DNA of 64,000 nucleotides from Candidatus Krumholzibacteriia bacterium. GTDB taxonomy: Bacteria > Krumholzibacteriota > Krumholzibacteriia > JAJRXK01. Made by a program: the position numbers and the translations under genes. The notes below the pieces were generated by a model, which was not told the origin of the DNA, searched no databases, and was given only the letters and a program-made list of their open reading frames with translations. Each line of letters starts with the position of its first letter. Position 1 is the stretch's first letter. Location of the stretch: assembly GCA_041484665.1 (NCBI GenBank), contig JBGPIA010000006.1:1-64000 (forward strand). Direction: 5' to 3'. Positions 51,374-60,511 of this stretch are shown piece after piece.

Positions 51374-51847
51374 ATGTTTCGACCTCAGACCCGCAAGCTC
51401 GCTTCATGGCCCCGTTTCGGCGGCGCGCGCGGGTTCAGCATCATCGAGCTCATGGTGGCGATCGCCATCATGGGCATCGCGCTGGCCGTCGCCGCGCCAA
51501 ACTTCAGCCGCAGCCTGCGCACGGCGCGGGCGCAGCGCGCTCAGAACGACCTGGCGTCCGATCTCCGCCTAGCGATGTCCACAGCACGCGCGAGCGGACG
51601 CTCGGTCCAGCTGGTGTTCAGCGCGAACGGCTACATCATCATCGACCCCGGCGACTCCACCGTGTACCGGAACCGCGACTTCGGCACGGACGTGACCTTC
51701 GAGGCGACGTCCGACCCGCTGATCTTCCCGTGGGGGCAGGTGCAGCCGGCCAACGTCTCGATCGGGTGCGTCGCCACGCAGGGCTCCCAGAACCTGAGCA
51801 TCGCGCCTACCGGGCGCCTGACCAACAATGGAGGTCAGCAGCCATGA
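51374..51847 (+). CDS. Type IV minor pilin, FimT/FimU/GspH-like
   Basis: Class III signal RG-FSIIELMVAIAIMG. Confidence 0.88.
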   Translation: MFRPQTRKLASWPRFGGARGFSIIELMVAIAIMGIALAVAAPNFSRSLRTARAQRAQNDLASDLRLAMSTARASGRSVQLVFSANGYIIIDPGDSTVYRNRDFGTDVTFEATSDPLIFPWGQVQPANVSIGCVATQGSQNLSIAPTGRLTNNGGQQP

Positions 51848-52239
51848 GCCGCCGAGCTCTCTTTAGGGCGTTGTGCCGCGCAGGGTTGCGCTGCGCCGGC
51901 CGGTCGGGCTTCAGCGTGGTCGAGATGCTCCTGGTCTTCGCCATCGTGGGCATCGCGATCCTCCCGTTGGCTTCCGTCCAGTTCTACTCGCGGCGAGAGG
52001 TCAACGAGGCCCAGCACCACAGCCAGGCGATCCAGCTGGCGGAGGCGCAATTGGAGCAGATGCGCGCAAGCGGCTTCGGCCAGGCACAGCCGGACACGGT
52101 CCGCAACGGCATCTTCACCACCGCCAGCTCGGTGGTGCAGGTCAGCAACACCCTCCAGCAGCTGCAGGTGACGGTCTCGTGGCAGCATGGCACCATCCCG
52201 CGCGCCATGACCCTCACTTGCCTGCAGTCGTTGAGGTAA
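51844..52239 (+). CDS. Type IV minor pilin, PilV-like
   Basis: SG-FSVVEMLLV, A..LAEAQLEQMR, VTVSW. Confidence 0.85.
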   Translation: MSRRALFRALCRAGLRCAGRSGFSVVEMLLVFAIVGIAILPLASVQFYSRREVNEAQHHSQAIQLAEAQLEQMRASGFGQAQPDTVRNGIFTTASSVVQVSNTLQQLQVTVSWQHGTIPRAMTLTCLQSLR

Positions 52240-52243
52240 CGCC

Positions 52244-52894
52244 ATGACGCCTATGCACGACAGCGCAGCCAATCTTCCCGACGGCGCAACCGATCGCCGG
52301 CATCTCGCAGAGAGCCTGCGGGACCGCCGCGGTTTCACCCTGGCCGAAATGATGGTCGGGCTCACGCTGGGGGCCATCGGGTCGGCGGTCCTGTTCAGCA
52401 TCTTCGTCGGCACCCAGTCCGCCTACCTCGACACGCAGAAGATCGTCTTCGGCGGCGGCGACACGCGGGCCGTGCTGGGGTTGATGACGCAGGAGATCCG
52501 CTCCGCCGGCAGCGACGAGCGGAACATCGGCATCCAACGCATCGCCCTCGCGTCGCAGGACAGCCTGCGCCTGATCAGCGACCTCGACGGCAATGGCGTG
52601 ATCGCCGCCGCCTCGGAGCCCGCCGAGAACGTCGTCTATTTCTACGATGCGACCAGTAAGACCCTTGAGCGCGATACCGGCGGCGGTGCCGCCATGCTCA
52701 TGGAGGGCGTCGTGTCGTTCGCGTTCAGGTACCTGGACGCGCAAGGGAACCCCGTGGCGAATGGCGACCTCAATCTGCAGCAGCGCGGTCTGGTGCGCTC
52801 CATCGCCATGAACATGGTGCTCGAGCCCGCGAAGTCGGGCGGCGCGCCTATCCACATGGATACCCTCACTGCGCTGCGCAACGATGTCGATTAG
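52244..52894 (+). CDS. Type IV minor pilin, PilW-like
   Basis: RG-FTLAEMMVG, EIRSAG, terminal LRN. Confidence 0.85.
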   Translation: MTPMHDSAANLPDGATDRRHLAESLRDRRGFTLAEMMVGLTLGAIGSAVLFSIFVGTQSAYLDTQKIVFGGGDTRAVLGLMTQEIRSAGSDERNIGIQRIALASQDSLRLISDLDGNGVIAAASEPAENVVYFYDATSKTLERDTGGGAAMLMEGVVSFAFRYLDAQGNPVANGDLNLQQRGLVRSIAMNMVLEPAKSGGAPIHMDTLTALRNDVD

Positions 52895-52963
52895 CAAGGA
52901 GTCCGACGCAACGCCGTCGTGAACGGCCCGCCAACCGGCACCCCGACCGAGGAATCAGCCGCC

Positions 52964-53449
52964 ATGAGTACTCGAAACCAACACCGCCCGCTCGCCGCAC
53001 TGGCCGCTCATCTTTCGAGCGAGCACGGGATCGGCATGGTCAGCGCCATGCTCGCCCTCAGCCTGCTCGCGGTCTTCGCCCTGGTCGCGGCCGGACTCGC
53101 CATGAATGAGCGCCGGTCGGCCTTCAACGAGGAGGTGCACACCGGTGCTTTCCTCTCGGCCGACTCCGGCGGCGAGGCGGCCATCAACTGGCTGCGGGTC
53201 CGCGAGAGCGCCCCGCCCATCCAGGACTTCGCGACGCTGCGAGTCGCCAACCCCCAAGAGACCGTCCTGCACGGCAGCCAGCGCTACGACTACAGCATCA
53301 GCTTCGTGCAGTGGCGCCCGCGTGCCGGGTACGCGGTCAACACTTACAGGGACTTTATCTACGACGTCGACTCGCGGGGGGAAGCGGGCACGGAAGGCGA
53401 GAGCAACGTCGGTCTGACCGTCAGCAAGATGACCCGTCAGGGTTACTAG
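52964..53449 (+). CDS. PilX-like minor pilin
   Basis: EHG-IGMVSAML leader lacking Glu5, AFLSADSG; position just before pilY1. Confidence 0.75.
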   Translation: MSTRNQHRPLAALAAHLSSEHGIGMVSAMLALSLLAVFALVAAGLAMNERRSAFNEEVHTGAFLSADSGGEAAINWLRVRESAPPIQDFATLRVANPQETVLHGSQRYDYSISFVQWRPRAGYAVNTYRDFIYDVDSRGEAGTEGESNVGLTVSKMTRQGY

Positions 53450-53459
53450 GAGTCATGCC

Positions 53460-56192
53460 ATGAACGCCCTTCGCAATGCCATTCTCTTCGCCTTCGCCGC
53501 CGCAGGCATCCTGCTCTGCGCCACGGGTGACGCCGCAGCGGATGCCGTCGCCTGCGACGTCCCGATCATCGTGCAGCAGGGCAACGTCCCACCGAACGTC
53601 CTGATCATCATGGACGATTCGGGCTCGATGAACGAGGCGATGCTCCACGCGGCCTTCAACCCGGCCGTCGTGTACAGCGGAGCGTTTACCTCCGACCAGA
53701 CGTACTACATCAGCACGACGGGACTCTACAAGCCGAAGAGCTTCAAGAGCACCTGGCCCAACCTGCCGACCGCAACGCTGGTGGCGGGTGTCAATGGCGA
53801 GCAGGGCCGCTACCTCGGCAACTACCTGAACTGGATCTTCTACCACGCCACGGCCGCGCAGCGCCTCACCCTGCCCCTGCTCACGAAGTTCCACGCGGGA
53901 CGCGCCGCCGTGCAGACCTTGATCACCTCGGCGACGGGGCTGCGCTACGGGCTGATGGGCTTCAACGTCGACAACGGCGGGAAGCTCTACGCGGCTCCGG
54001 GAACGCCCACCGCGACGATCACCACCAAGCTGATGGCCATGGCCCCCGAGTCGTGGACACCCAGCGCCGAGACCATGATGACGGCGATGAGCTATTTCAA
54101 GGCGACCGGCGCCGGTGCCTGGATCACGGCCGCCTGCCAGTCGAACTTCATCATCTTCGTGACGGACGGCTACCCCACGCAGGACCTGAACGTGCCGGGC
54201 TATATCGACCACTTTCATGACAACCCTGGGACCTGCGCGTCGATTGGCGCGATTGATTACCCGGCGAGCAACAACTGCTCGAGTTGGCTCGACGACGCGG
54301 CCTACTACATGTCGCATACCGACATGCGCGCCGATCTCACGGGCAATCAGTATGTCTACACCTACACGATCGGCTTCGGCATCGACGCGCCCTTGCTGCT
54401 CTCGACTGCCCAGGCCGGCGGCGGAACGTACCAGGTCGCGTGGGATCTGCAGACGCTGGTCCAGACCCTCGGCACGGTGATCGGCGACATCGTACGGCGC
54501 ATCTCCTCGGGCGCAGCCGTGGCCGTGGTGTCCACCGAGCAGGGCAACGGCGACCGCCTCTACCGTGGTAAGTTCATGCCCGGGCTGTGGCGCGGATACC
54601 TCGAGTCCTACACCCTGCCGTACCACAACGGCGACAGCCCCGCGTGGGAAGCCGGATCTCTCCTGGAGCAGCGCAGCCCGGCGGCCCGCAATCTCCTCAC
54701 GATGCTCAGCAACGGAACCGCGGCGTCCTTCGACGCTACCCACGCCGCCGACCTCCAGAGCGACCTCGGCGCCGCCAACCAGACCGTCGCGGCCAACCTG
54801 ATCAACTGGGTGCGCGGCGAGAACGTGCTGGGATTGCGCAACCGGCAGGGTTGGAAACTGGGTGACCTGGTCTACTCGACGCCGCTGGTGGTCGGCGCTC
54901 CGTCGAGCTATTTCGTCACCTCCAGCTACCAGCAGTTCCTGCGCGACCACCAGGACCGCGCGCACACCGTCTACGTGGGCGCCAACGACGGCATGCTCCA
55001 CGCCTTCAACGGCGACACCGGCTCCGAGCTGTGGGGGTACGTGCCGCGGGGCGTGCTCTCCCACCTGTCGGCCCTGGCCGACACCAACTACTGCCACGTA
55101 TCGTTCGTCGACCTCAGCCCCTGCGCCTTCGACGTCAACTTCAACGGGACGTGGAAGACGGTGCTGGTGGGCGGGCTGCGCGCCGGCGGCAACTCGTACT
55201 TCGCCGTCGATGTCACGAGCCCCACGCAGCCGGAGATCCTGTGGGAGACGCCGATCGCGGCGATCAAGAGCTCCTTCACCGAGCCGGCCGTGATCCGCAA
55301 GCACAACGGGACGTATCTGTGGACCGGCAGCGGACCGGATGCGGCCGGTAACGCGCGCGCGGCCGTACTGAACATGGCCACGGGTGAGTACCTGGCGTCC
55401 CGGAACCTGAGCACCATCAACGCCGTGAACATGGGTGCGGGCGCGACCACCTACGACGCGGACTGGGACGGCATCACGGACTACATCTACCAGGGGGACC
55501 TGCAGGGCAACCTCTATCGCTTCGATGTGCGATCCGAGGTCGTGTCCGCATGGGTGGGCGCCGTCGTCTACGCGGGCTCGCAGCCCATCCAGACGCGGCC
55601 AGAGATCGCGCTGTCGTCCAGCAATACTCCGATGGTGTACTTCGGCACGGGCAAATATGTCGACGCGACCGACTTCACCACCACGGCGGTCCAGAGCTTC
55701 GTCTGCATCGCGGACGACGGCACGAAGTCCGGCCTCACCAAGGCCAACCTGGTGGACCAGTCGAGCACGATCCACGACCTGACCGGAAAGAGCGGCTGGT
55801 TCTTCAACCTCACCCGGGGGGACGGTGAGCGCGTGGTCGAGCCGGCGGCGGTCGTGGAGGGAGTCGTGTACTTCACCTCGTTCGCCCCGCGGTCGGCCGC
55901 GTGCAGCGGCGGCGGCAAGTCATGGCTCTACCACGTGGACTTCAAGGACGGCTCCAATCCCGACCACAACGGCAACGAGCAGCAGCAGACCGACCAGCGT
56001 GTGGAGGACCTCGGTGACGGCGTGGCGTCCAAGCCCGTGGTCAACCTGGGCGACGCCACGGTCATCGTCCAGACCAGCGACGCGCGCCTCAATCTGATGG
56101 ACTTGCGGACGCCGCCCCAGTGGATGAGCGTGCGCGCGTGGCGCGAGCTGTTCAACAACGCGAATCCCAATGCCGTGGTCAATGGCCAGTAA
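53460..56192 (+). CDS. pilY1: PilY1/PilC-type pilus tip adhesin (vWA + beta-propeller)
   Basis: PPNVLIIMDDSGSM (MIDAS), FVTDG, KLGDLVYSTP, YVGANDGMLHAF, DWDGITDYIYQGDLQGNLYRFD. Confidence 0.92.
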   Translation: MNALRNAILFAFAAAGILLCATGDAAADAVACDVPIIVQQGNVPPNVLIIMDDSGSMNEAMLHAAFNPAVVYSGAFTSDQTYYISTTGLYKPKSFKSTWPNLPTATLVAGVNGEQGRYLGNYLNWIFYHATAAQRLTLPLLTKFHAGRAAVQTLITSATGLRYGLMGFNVDNGGKLYAAPGTPTATITTKLMAMAPESWTPSAETMMTAMSYFKATGAGAWITAACQSNFIIFVTDGYPTQDLNVPGYIDHFHDNPGTCASIGAIDYPASNNCSSWLDDAAYYMSHTDMRADLTGNQYVYTYTIGFGIDAPLLLSTAQAGGGTYQVAWDLQTLVQTLGTVIGDIVRRISSGAAVAVVSTEQGNGDRLYRGKFMPGLWRGYLESYTLPYHNGDSPAWEAGSLLEQRSPAARNLLTMLSNGTAASFDATHAADLQSDLGAANQTVAANLINWVRGENVLGLRNRQGWKLGDLVYSTPLVVGAPSSYFVTSSYQQFLRDHQDRAHTVYVGANDGMLHAFNGDTGSELWGYVPRGVLSHLSALADTNYCHVSFVDLSPCAFDVNFNGTWKTVLVGGLRAGGNSYFAVDVTSPTQPEILWETPIAAIKSSFTEPAVIRKHNGTYLWTGSGPDAAGNARAAVLNMATGEYLASRNLSTINAVNMGAGATTYDADWDGITDYIYQGDLQGNLYRFDVRSEVVSAWVGAVVYAGSQPIQTRPEIALSSSNTPMVYFGTGKYVDATDFTTTAVQSFVCIADDGTKSGLTKANLVDQSSTIHDLTGKSGWFFNLTRGDGERVVEPAAVVEGVVYFTSFAPRSAACSGGGKSWLYHVDFKDGSNPDHNGNEQQQTDQRVEDLGDGVASKPVVNLGDATVIVQTSDARLNLMDLRTPPQWMSVRAWRELFNNANPNAVVNGQ

Positions 56193-56253
56193 CCCCCGTC
56201 GCGGATCGGTGCCGTCGGTCCCGGCGGACGCGATCGCGAAAATGGAGAACATC

Positions 56254-56799
56254 ATGACCGCCAACACGAACCACAACCCGGCCTTCCGCGCTCCGAGCGC
56301 GGCCAGCCGGCGCCTGGGGCTCGCGGCCCTCGCCTGTTGCGCGCTGGGCGCGAGCCTGACGGCGAACGCAGCGGCGCAGGAGCTGCGCATGGAGATGGTG
56401 CGCCCGGAGGCCGCAGCGAAGCATCAAGCGCGGGCCGGTCGAACCAGCGACTCCGACGCGAGCGCCATCGGGCAGATTGTCCAGCTGGAGGGTACGCTGA
56501 GCTACACGCGCGGTGTCGGGCTCACGCTCGATGACACCGTGATCGAGCTCGGCCGGCTGGCCTCCGTTGGCCTTGCCTCGGCGACGGGCCTGGATCGGCT
56601 CCCGGATCCCAGCGAGCTTGACGGCCGCAGCGTGACGGTGTTTGGGCGGCGCGTGGAGACCGGCGTACAGGCGACCCTGGTGATCGTGCACAGCGATACC
56701 GACCTGTCCGCGATGTCCACCTTGCGGACGCCGCCGCCGGGGATCCCCAGCACGGAGGATCCCAATGTGGGGGAGCTGAGCGATGGCGTTCCGCGGTAA
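56254..56799 (+). CDS. Hypothetical secreted protein
   Basis: Signal peptide ending AAA-Q; RBS ggag; co-oriented with the pilus cluster. Confidence 0.65.
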   Translation: MTANTNHNPAFRAPSAASRRLGLAALACCALGASLTANAAAQELRMEMVRPEAAAKHQARAGRTSDSDASAIGQIVQLEGTLSYTRGVGLTLDDTVIELGRLASVGLASATGLDRLPDPSELDGRSVTVFGRRVETGVQATLVIVHSDTDLSAMSTLRTPPPGIPSTEDPNVGELSDGVPR

Positions 56800-57778
56800 A
56801 CTGTCGGGGAAGCTGCTCACCGCAACGATCGCGCTGGCCCTGCTCGTGATCTTGGCCAGCGTCCTGTCCCGGACCCCAACCAGCCTCGGCGTGGGCCGTG
56901 GGCGCGGCGGGGCCCGTTCCGGCTCCGGAACCGCGAGCTCGACCGAGGCGGCCACGAGCGCCGCCTCGATCGTGCCCGCAACCGCCTACAGCTTCAGTGA
57001 GCTCAGCCTACAGCTCAACGCGCAGGCGCTTGCGTTGCCTGTGCAAGCCGGCGGGTCGCCCCCGAGCTCCACGCGGACCGTATGGAGCGTGAACGGGACC
57101 GACGTCGCCGAGGGCGGCAGTCTGGCGCCTCGGTGGTTCTCCCGTGGTGACGTCGTTTCCGCCCGCGTGGAGCGCGTGGGCCCGACCGGCACCCCGGCGT
57201 TGCTGGCGCAGGCGCAGACCAAGATCCTGAACTCGCCGCCAGACCTTCGCTCCGTCGAGATCCAGAGCGTTCCCGACTCCCCAGGCCAGGTCGAGGCCGT
57301 CGTCGATGCCGCTGACCCCGACGGCGATGCCGTCACCCTCTTGTTTGCGTGGTCGCTGGGCGGCAAGCCCATCCCAGACGCCGCCGGGAAGACCATGTCG
57401 GTGCAGGAGCTGAAGCGCGGCGAGACGCTCATGGTGAGCGTGACCGCCAGCGACGGCGTCGATGCGTCGCGGCAGCTGCGCAGCGCCCCCTACAGCTTCG
57501 AGAACCACCCGCCGGTGCTCAACGTGGTCGACAAGGCCAAGGTTGCCCGGTCCCAGGATGGCTCCGCCACGGTCACCTTCCAGCTTCAGGTGTCCGATGC
57601 CGACGGCGATCCGGTCGCGATCGACTTCCCCGACGCGCCAGGCGGAGTCGCGTGGGACGCGCAGAACCAGTCCGTCATCTGGACCGCGGCCAAGGACGAG
57701 ACGAAGATCGCGGTGGTCGTGCGCGCCCGAGACGGCAAGGGCGGCGAATCCCAGCGCAAGCTCGAGCTGTCGCTCTAG
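56783..57778 (+). CDS. Membrane-anchored Ig/cadherin-like repeat protein
   Basis: N-terminal TM; NSPP/NHPP..DPDGD/DADGD motifs; overlaps the upstream gene. Confidence 0.75.
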   Translation: MAFRGKLSGKLLTATIALALLVILASVLSRTPTSLGVGRGRGGARSGSGTASSTEAATSAASIVPATAYSFSELSLQLNAQALALPVQAGGSPPSSTRTVWSVNGTDVAEGGSLAPRWFSRGDVVSARVERVGPTGTPALLAQAQTKILNSPPDLRSVEIQSVPDSPGQVEAVVDAADPDGDAVTLLFAWSLGGKPIPDAAGKTMSVQELKRGETLMVSVTASDGVDASRQLRSAPYSFENHPPVLNVVDKAKVARSQDGSATVTFQLQVSDADGDPVAIDFPDAPGGVAWDAQNQSVIWTAAKDETKIAVVVRARDGKGGESQRKLELSL

Positions 57779-57918
57779 AGCGGTCGCCGCGGCCAGCGCG
57801 GCCAGCGCAGCGTGCCCAGCGCGCCCAGCGTGCGGCGGCGCAACCGCCAACCCCCCAAGACCCCCTCGCCTGCGCTCGGCGCCCACGAGCGCTCTCCCAT
57901 CGAGCGCCCGCTCCCGCT

Positions 57919-58186
57919 GCCCCCGGTCTGGCGCAGTCTCCCCCGCGACGTCCTCGCCCCGCGGCGACTTGCTTTTGGCAGCACAACGCTGACGGCCCCC
58001 GGCTCCGCACGGTCTGCGAGCGACACTCCGCAGCCCGCCGGCCGATTCCTGGATTCATCGGCCGGCGGGCGAGGACCGTCGCGAGTGGACCGTGCGGAGC
58101 CCGGGGCCTGTGCACGGCGTGCCTCTGCGAAGCGTAGGCCGCGGGGCTGCGGAGTGTCGCGGGGGAGACTGCGCCGGACCGGGGGC
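57919..58186. repeat. Long imperfect intergenic palindrome (~270 bp)
   Basis: Arms gcccccggtctggcgcagtctcccccgcgac / gtcgcgggggagactgcgccggaccgggggc and ggctccgcacggtc / gaccgtgcggagcc; central perfect 14-bp stem 58033-58046/58057-58070. Confidence 0.85.
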
Positions 58187-58300
58187 GCCGGCGGAGCGGC
58201 GGAGCGGGCTTGCGGTCGGGGGCGCGCAGCGCGGACCGGGGAGACTGACGGGGGTGGGCGGCGCCGCGGTCGGCGCGGGGGCCCGCCAGGCGGGCGAGCG

Positions 58301-59212
58301 TCACCAGGCGATCGGACACCCGTGGGCGTCGACGGACCGGCCGCGCGGCGTGTTGGGGCACAGGTCCAGCGCGTCGGCGACCCCGTCGCCGTCGGCATCG
58401 AGGGCGCATCCCTGCGGGTCGACCGCGAGCCCGGCCGCAGTCCCCGGGCAGCGATCGATCCCGTCGAGCACCGCGTCCCCGTCCGCGTCGTACGGGCAGC
58501 CACGCGCGTCGACGGCCGCGCCCGCCGGCGTGTCGGCACAACGGTCGCGCATGTTGGTGACGCCATCGCCGTCATCGTCGGCGTCGCTCCCGAAGGCCAG
58601 CGTGACACCCCCCGAGAGCAGCAGGGTGTGGCTGGGCTCGCCCGCGAACGTCGCCTGCTGGTGGCGCAGCTCCAGACGAGCGGCAACGCGACGCGATAGA
58701 TTGAAGCGCGCGCCGAGGCCGGCTCCAACCGAGATCGACCGCTCGGTAGGCTCGATCGCCTCGGTGAGCCAGGCGATGCCGATGTCTCCCGTCGCAAAGA
58801 TCGACGCGCGACTCACGGGAAGGAAATCGAGGACACCGCCCACTCCGGCGAAGTAGTAGCGCCGGGTCATCAGGGGTGACGTGCTGCGGTAGGTCGTCAC
58901 GTGGTCGAGGATCGCCTCTACCCCCCGGGAGGGGTCGGGATGGAAGCCGATGCGAGCGTCGTAGACGGTACGATCGTGGACGCCCAGGTGGTCCTGGAAG
59001 AAGGTCCAGCCGTTGCCGTAGCTGACGCGCCATTGGCGGCCGTCGATCTGGGCGGCGGCGGTTCCCGCGGCCAGTAGGCACGCGCTGAGGCAGCCCAGGA
59101 GGAATGCGGCCGGACGGCGCACGGTGGGGCAGCCTCGCGCTTGCGCGGATGCGTGGGCAGCCCCGAACTGGGTCCGGCTCTCGATTCCGTGCGCGCCGTC
59201 GATGGGGGGCAT
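58301..59212 (-). CDS. OmpA-like outer membrane beta-barrel with thrombospondin type 3 repeats, lacking the periplasmic OmpA domain (start uncertain)
   Basis: Signal peptide, amphipathic strands (GAGLGARFNL), three DxDGDGVxDxxDxCP repeats, then stop. Confidence 0.75.
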   Translation of the reverse strand: MPPIDGAHGIESRTQFGAAHASAQARGCPTVRRPAAFLLGCLSACLLAAGTAAAQIDGRQWRVSYGNGWTFFQDHLGVHDRTVYDARIGFHPDPSRGVEAILDHVTTYRSTSPLMTRRYYFAGVGGVLDFLPVSRASIFATGDIGIAWLTEAIEPTERSISVGAGLGARFNLSRRVAARLELRHQQATFAGEPSHTLLLSGGVTLAFGSDADDDGDGVTNMRDRCADTPAGAAVDARGCPYDADGDAVLDGIDRCPGTAAGLAVDPQGCALDADGDGVADALDLCPNTPRGRSVDAHGCPIAW

Positions 59213-59305
59213 CTCGTTCCCGGCAGGGTAGGCAGCCGCTGGTCAGGCGGGCCGCGCTGGAGCGGCGACCGTGACCGCCCCGCCCGGATCCCGGGCAACC
59301 CCAGC

Positions 59306-60457
59306 CTACGCCAGAACCGTGCCGCCGCCGGGCCCGCCCGGCTGCGCCTCCGCAGAGCGGGCGCGCGGCACAGTGCCGCGGGATGCCTTCCCGCGGGTCC
59401 GCGTTCCCTGCGGTTCCTTCCCCGCCGCCGTCGGCGGAGCGGGCGCGCCGATGAAGGTGTGCGCCACGGCGCTCTGGTGGATGGCGCGCACGGCGTCCTC
59501 GCCGATCTGCTGCGCGACCCACGCACTCTCGCGGTTTTGATCGGTGTTGCTCACGGTCGTATTGTCGGTGCAAATCGCGACGGGAATGCCGTGCTCCAGG
59601 AAGCTCACGATGGGGTGGGGCTGGCCGCGTCGCACCGCCCCGGTCTGGTAGTTGGAGGTGGGAGCACATTCCACGACGATCCTGTCGCGCGCCAGGCGCC
59701 GCAGCAGCGCCTTGTCGCCCACGGCGCTGCAACCGTGCCCGATGCGCGTCACGCCCAGCTCGTCGATGGCCTGCCAGATGAACTGCGAGTCCTCGTCCTC
59801 GCCGGCGTGCGCCGTGAGCCCCAGGCCACCCCGGCGGGCGATCTCGTAGGCGCTGGCGAACAGCCGCGGCGGGTTGCCGCGCTCGGCACCGGCGATGTCG
59901 AATCCGATCACCCCGCTGCGCCGGTGCAGGTGTTGTGACTCGCCGGCCCCTGCGCGCGCCAGGATCTTGGCGACGTGCGGACCGTGCTGGCGCATGGCGA
60001 TGATGATGAGCCCGACCTGCAGGTCGTACCGGCTGGCGGCGCGGTTGAGGCCCGAAAGCACCGAGCGGATCGCCTGTCGCACCGTGAGTCCAGCGTAGGT
60101 GTGGATGATCGGAGCGTAGCGCAGCTCGAGGACCCTCACGCCGTTGCGCGCTGCCTGCGTCGCGATGGCCTCGGCCACGGGGACGATGTTCTCGTAGAAC
60201 TGCGTGATCCACATCGGATAGTGGAACTTGTCCAGGTAGCTCAGCAGCGAGCCCTCCTCTGTGGGCTGCAGCTGCAGGAGCTTGCGCATTTCCGGCAAGG
60301 TCTCCACCGGATTGAGCCGGTAGCGCTTCATGATCCGCCAGGTGACGCCGGGCGGGATGGAGCCATCGAGGTGCTGGTGCAGCTCGACCTTGGGAATGCT
60401 GCGGATCGAGGCCGGGATTCGCATGTTGGCGGTGCAGTCTACGCGATCCGTGGACAT
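59306..60457 (-). CDS. add: Adenosine deaminase family protein
   Basis: PKVELHQHLDGS, TAHAGE, RIGHG, PTSN, TDN. Confidence 0.88.
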   Translation of the reverse strand: MSTDRVDCTANMRIPASIRSIPKVELHQHLDGSIPPGVTWRIMKRYRLNPVETLPEMRKLLQLQPTEEGSLLSYLDKFHYPMWITQFYENIVPVAEAIATQAARNGVRVLELRYAPIIHTYAGLTVRQAIRSVLSGLNRAASRYDLQVGLIIIAMRQHGPHVAKILARAGAGESQHLHRRSGVIGFDIAGAERGNPPRLFASAYEIARRGGLGLTAHAGEDEDSQFIWQAIDELGVTRIGHGCSAVGDKALLRRLARDRIVVECAPTSNYQTGAVRRGQPHPIVSFLEHGIPVAICTDNTTVSNTDQNRESAWVAQQIGEDAVRAIHQSAVAHTFIGAPAPPTAAGKEPQGTRTRGKASRGTVPRARSAEAQPGGPGGGTVLA

Positions 60458-60511
60458 CCTGCCAGGTCCCGCTCCCCCATCCCGTGGTTGGAGACCGAGC
60501 TTTGGGGCAGT

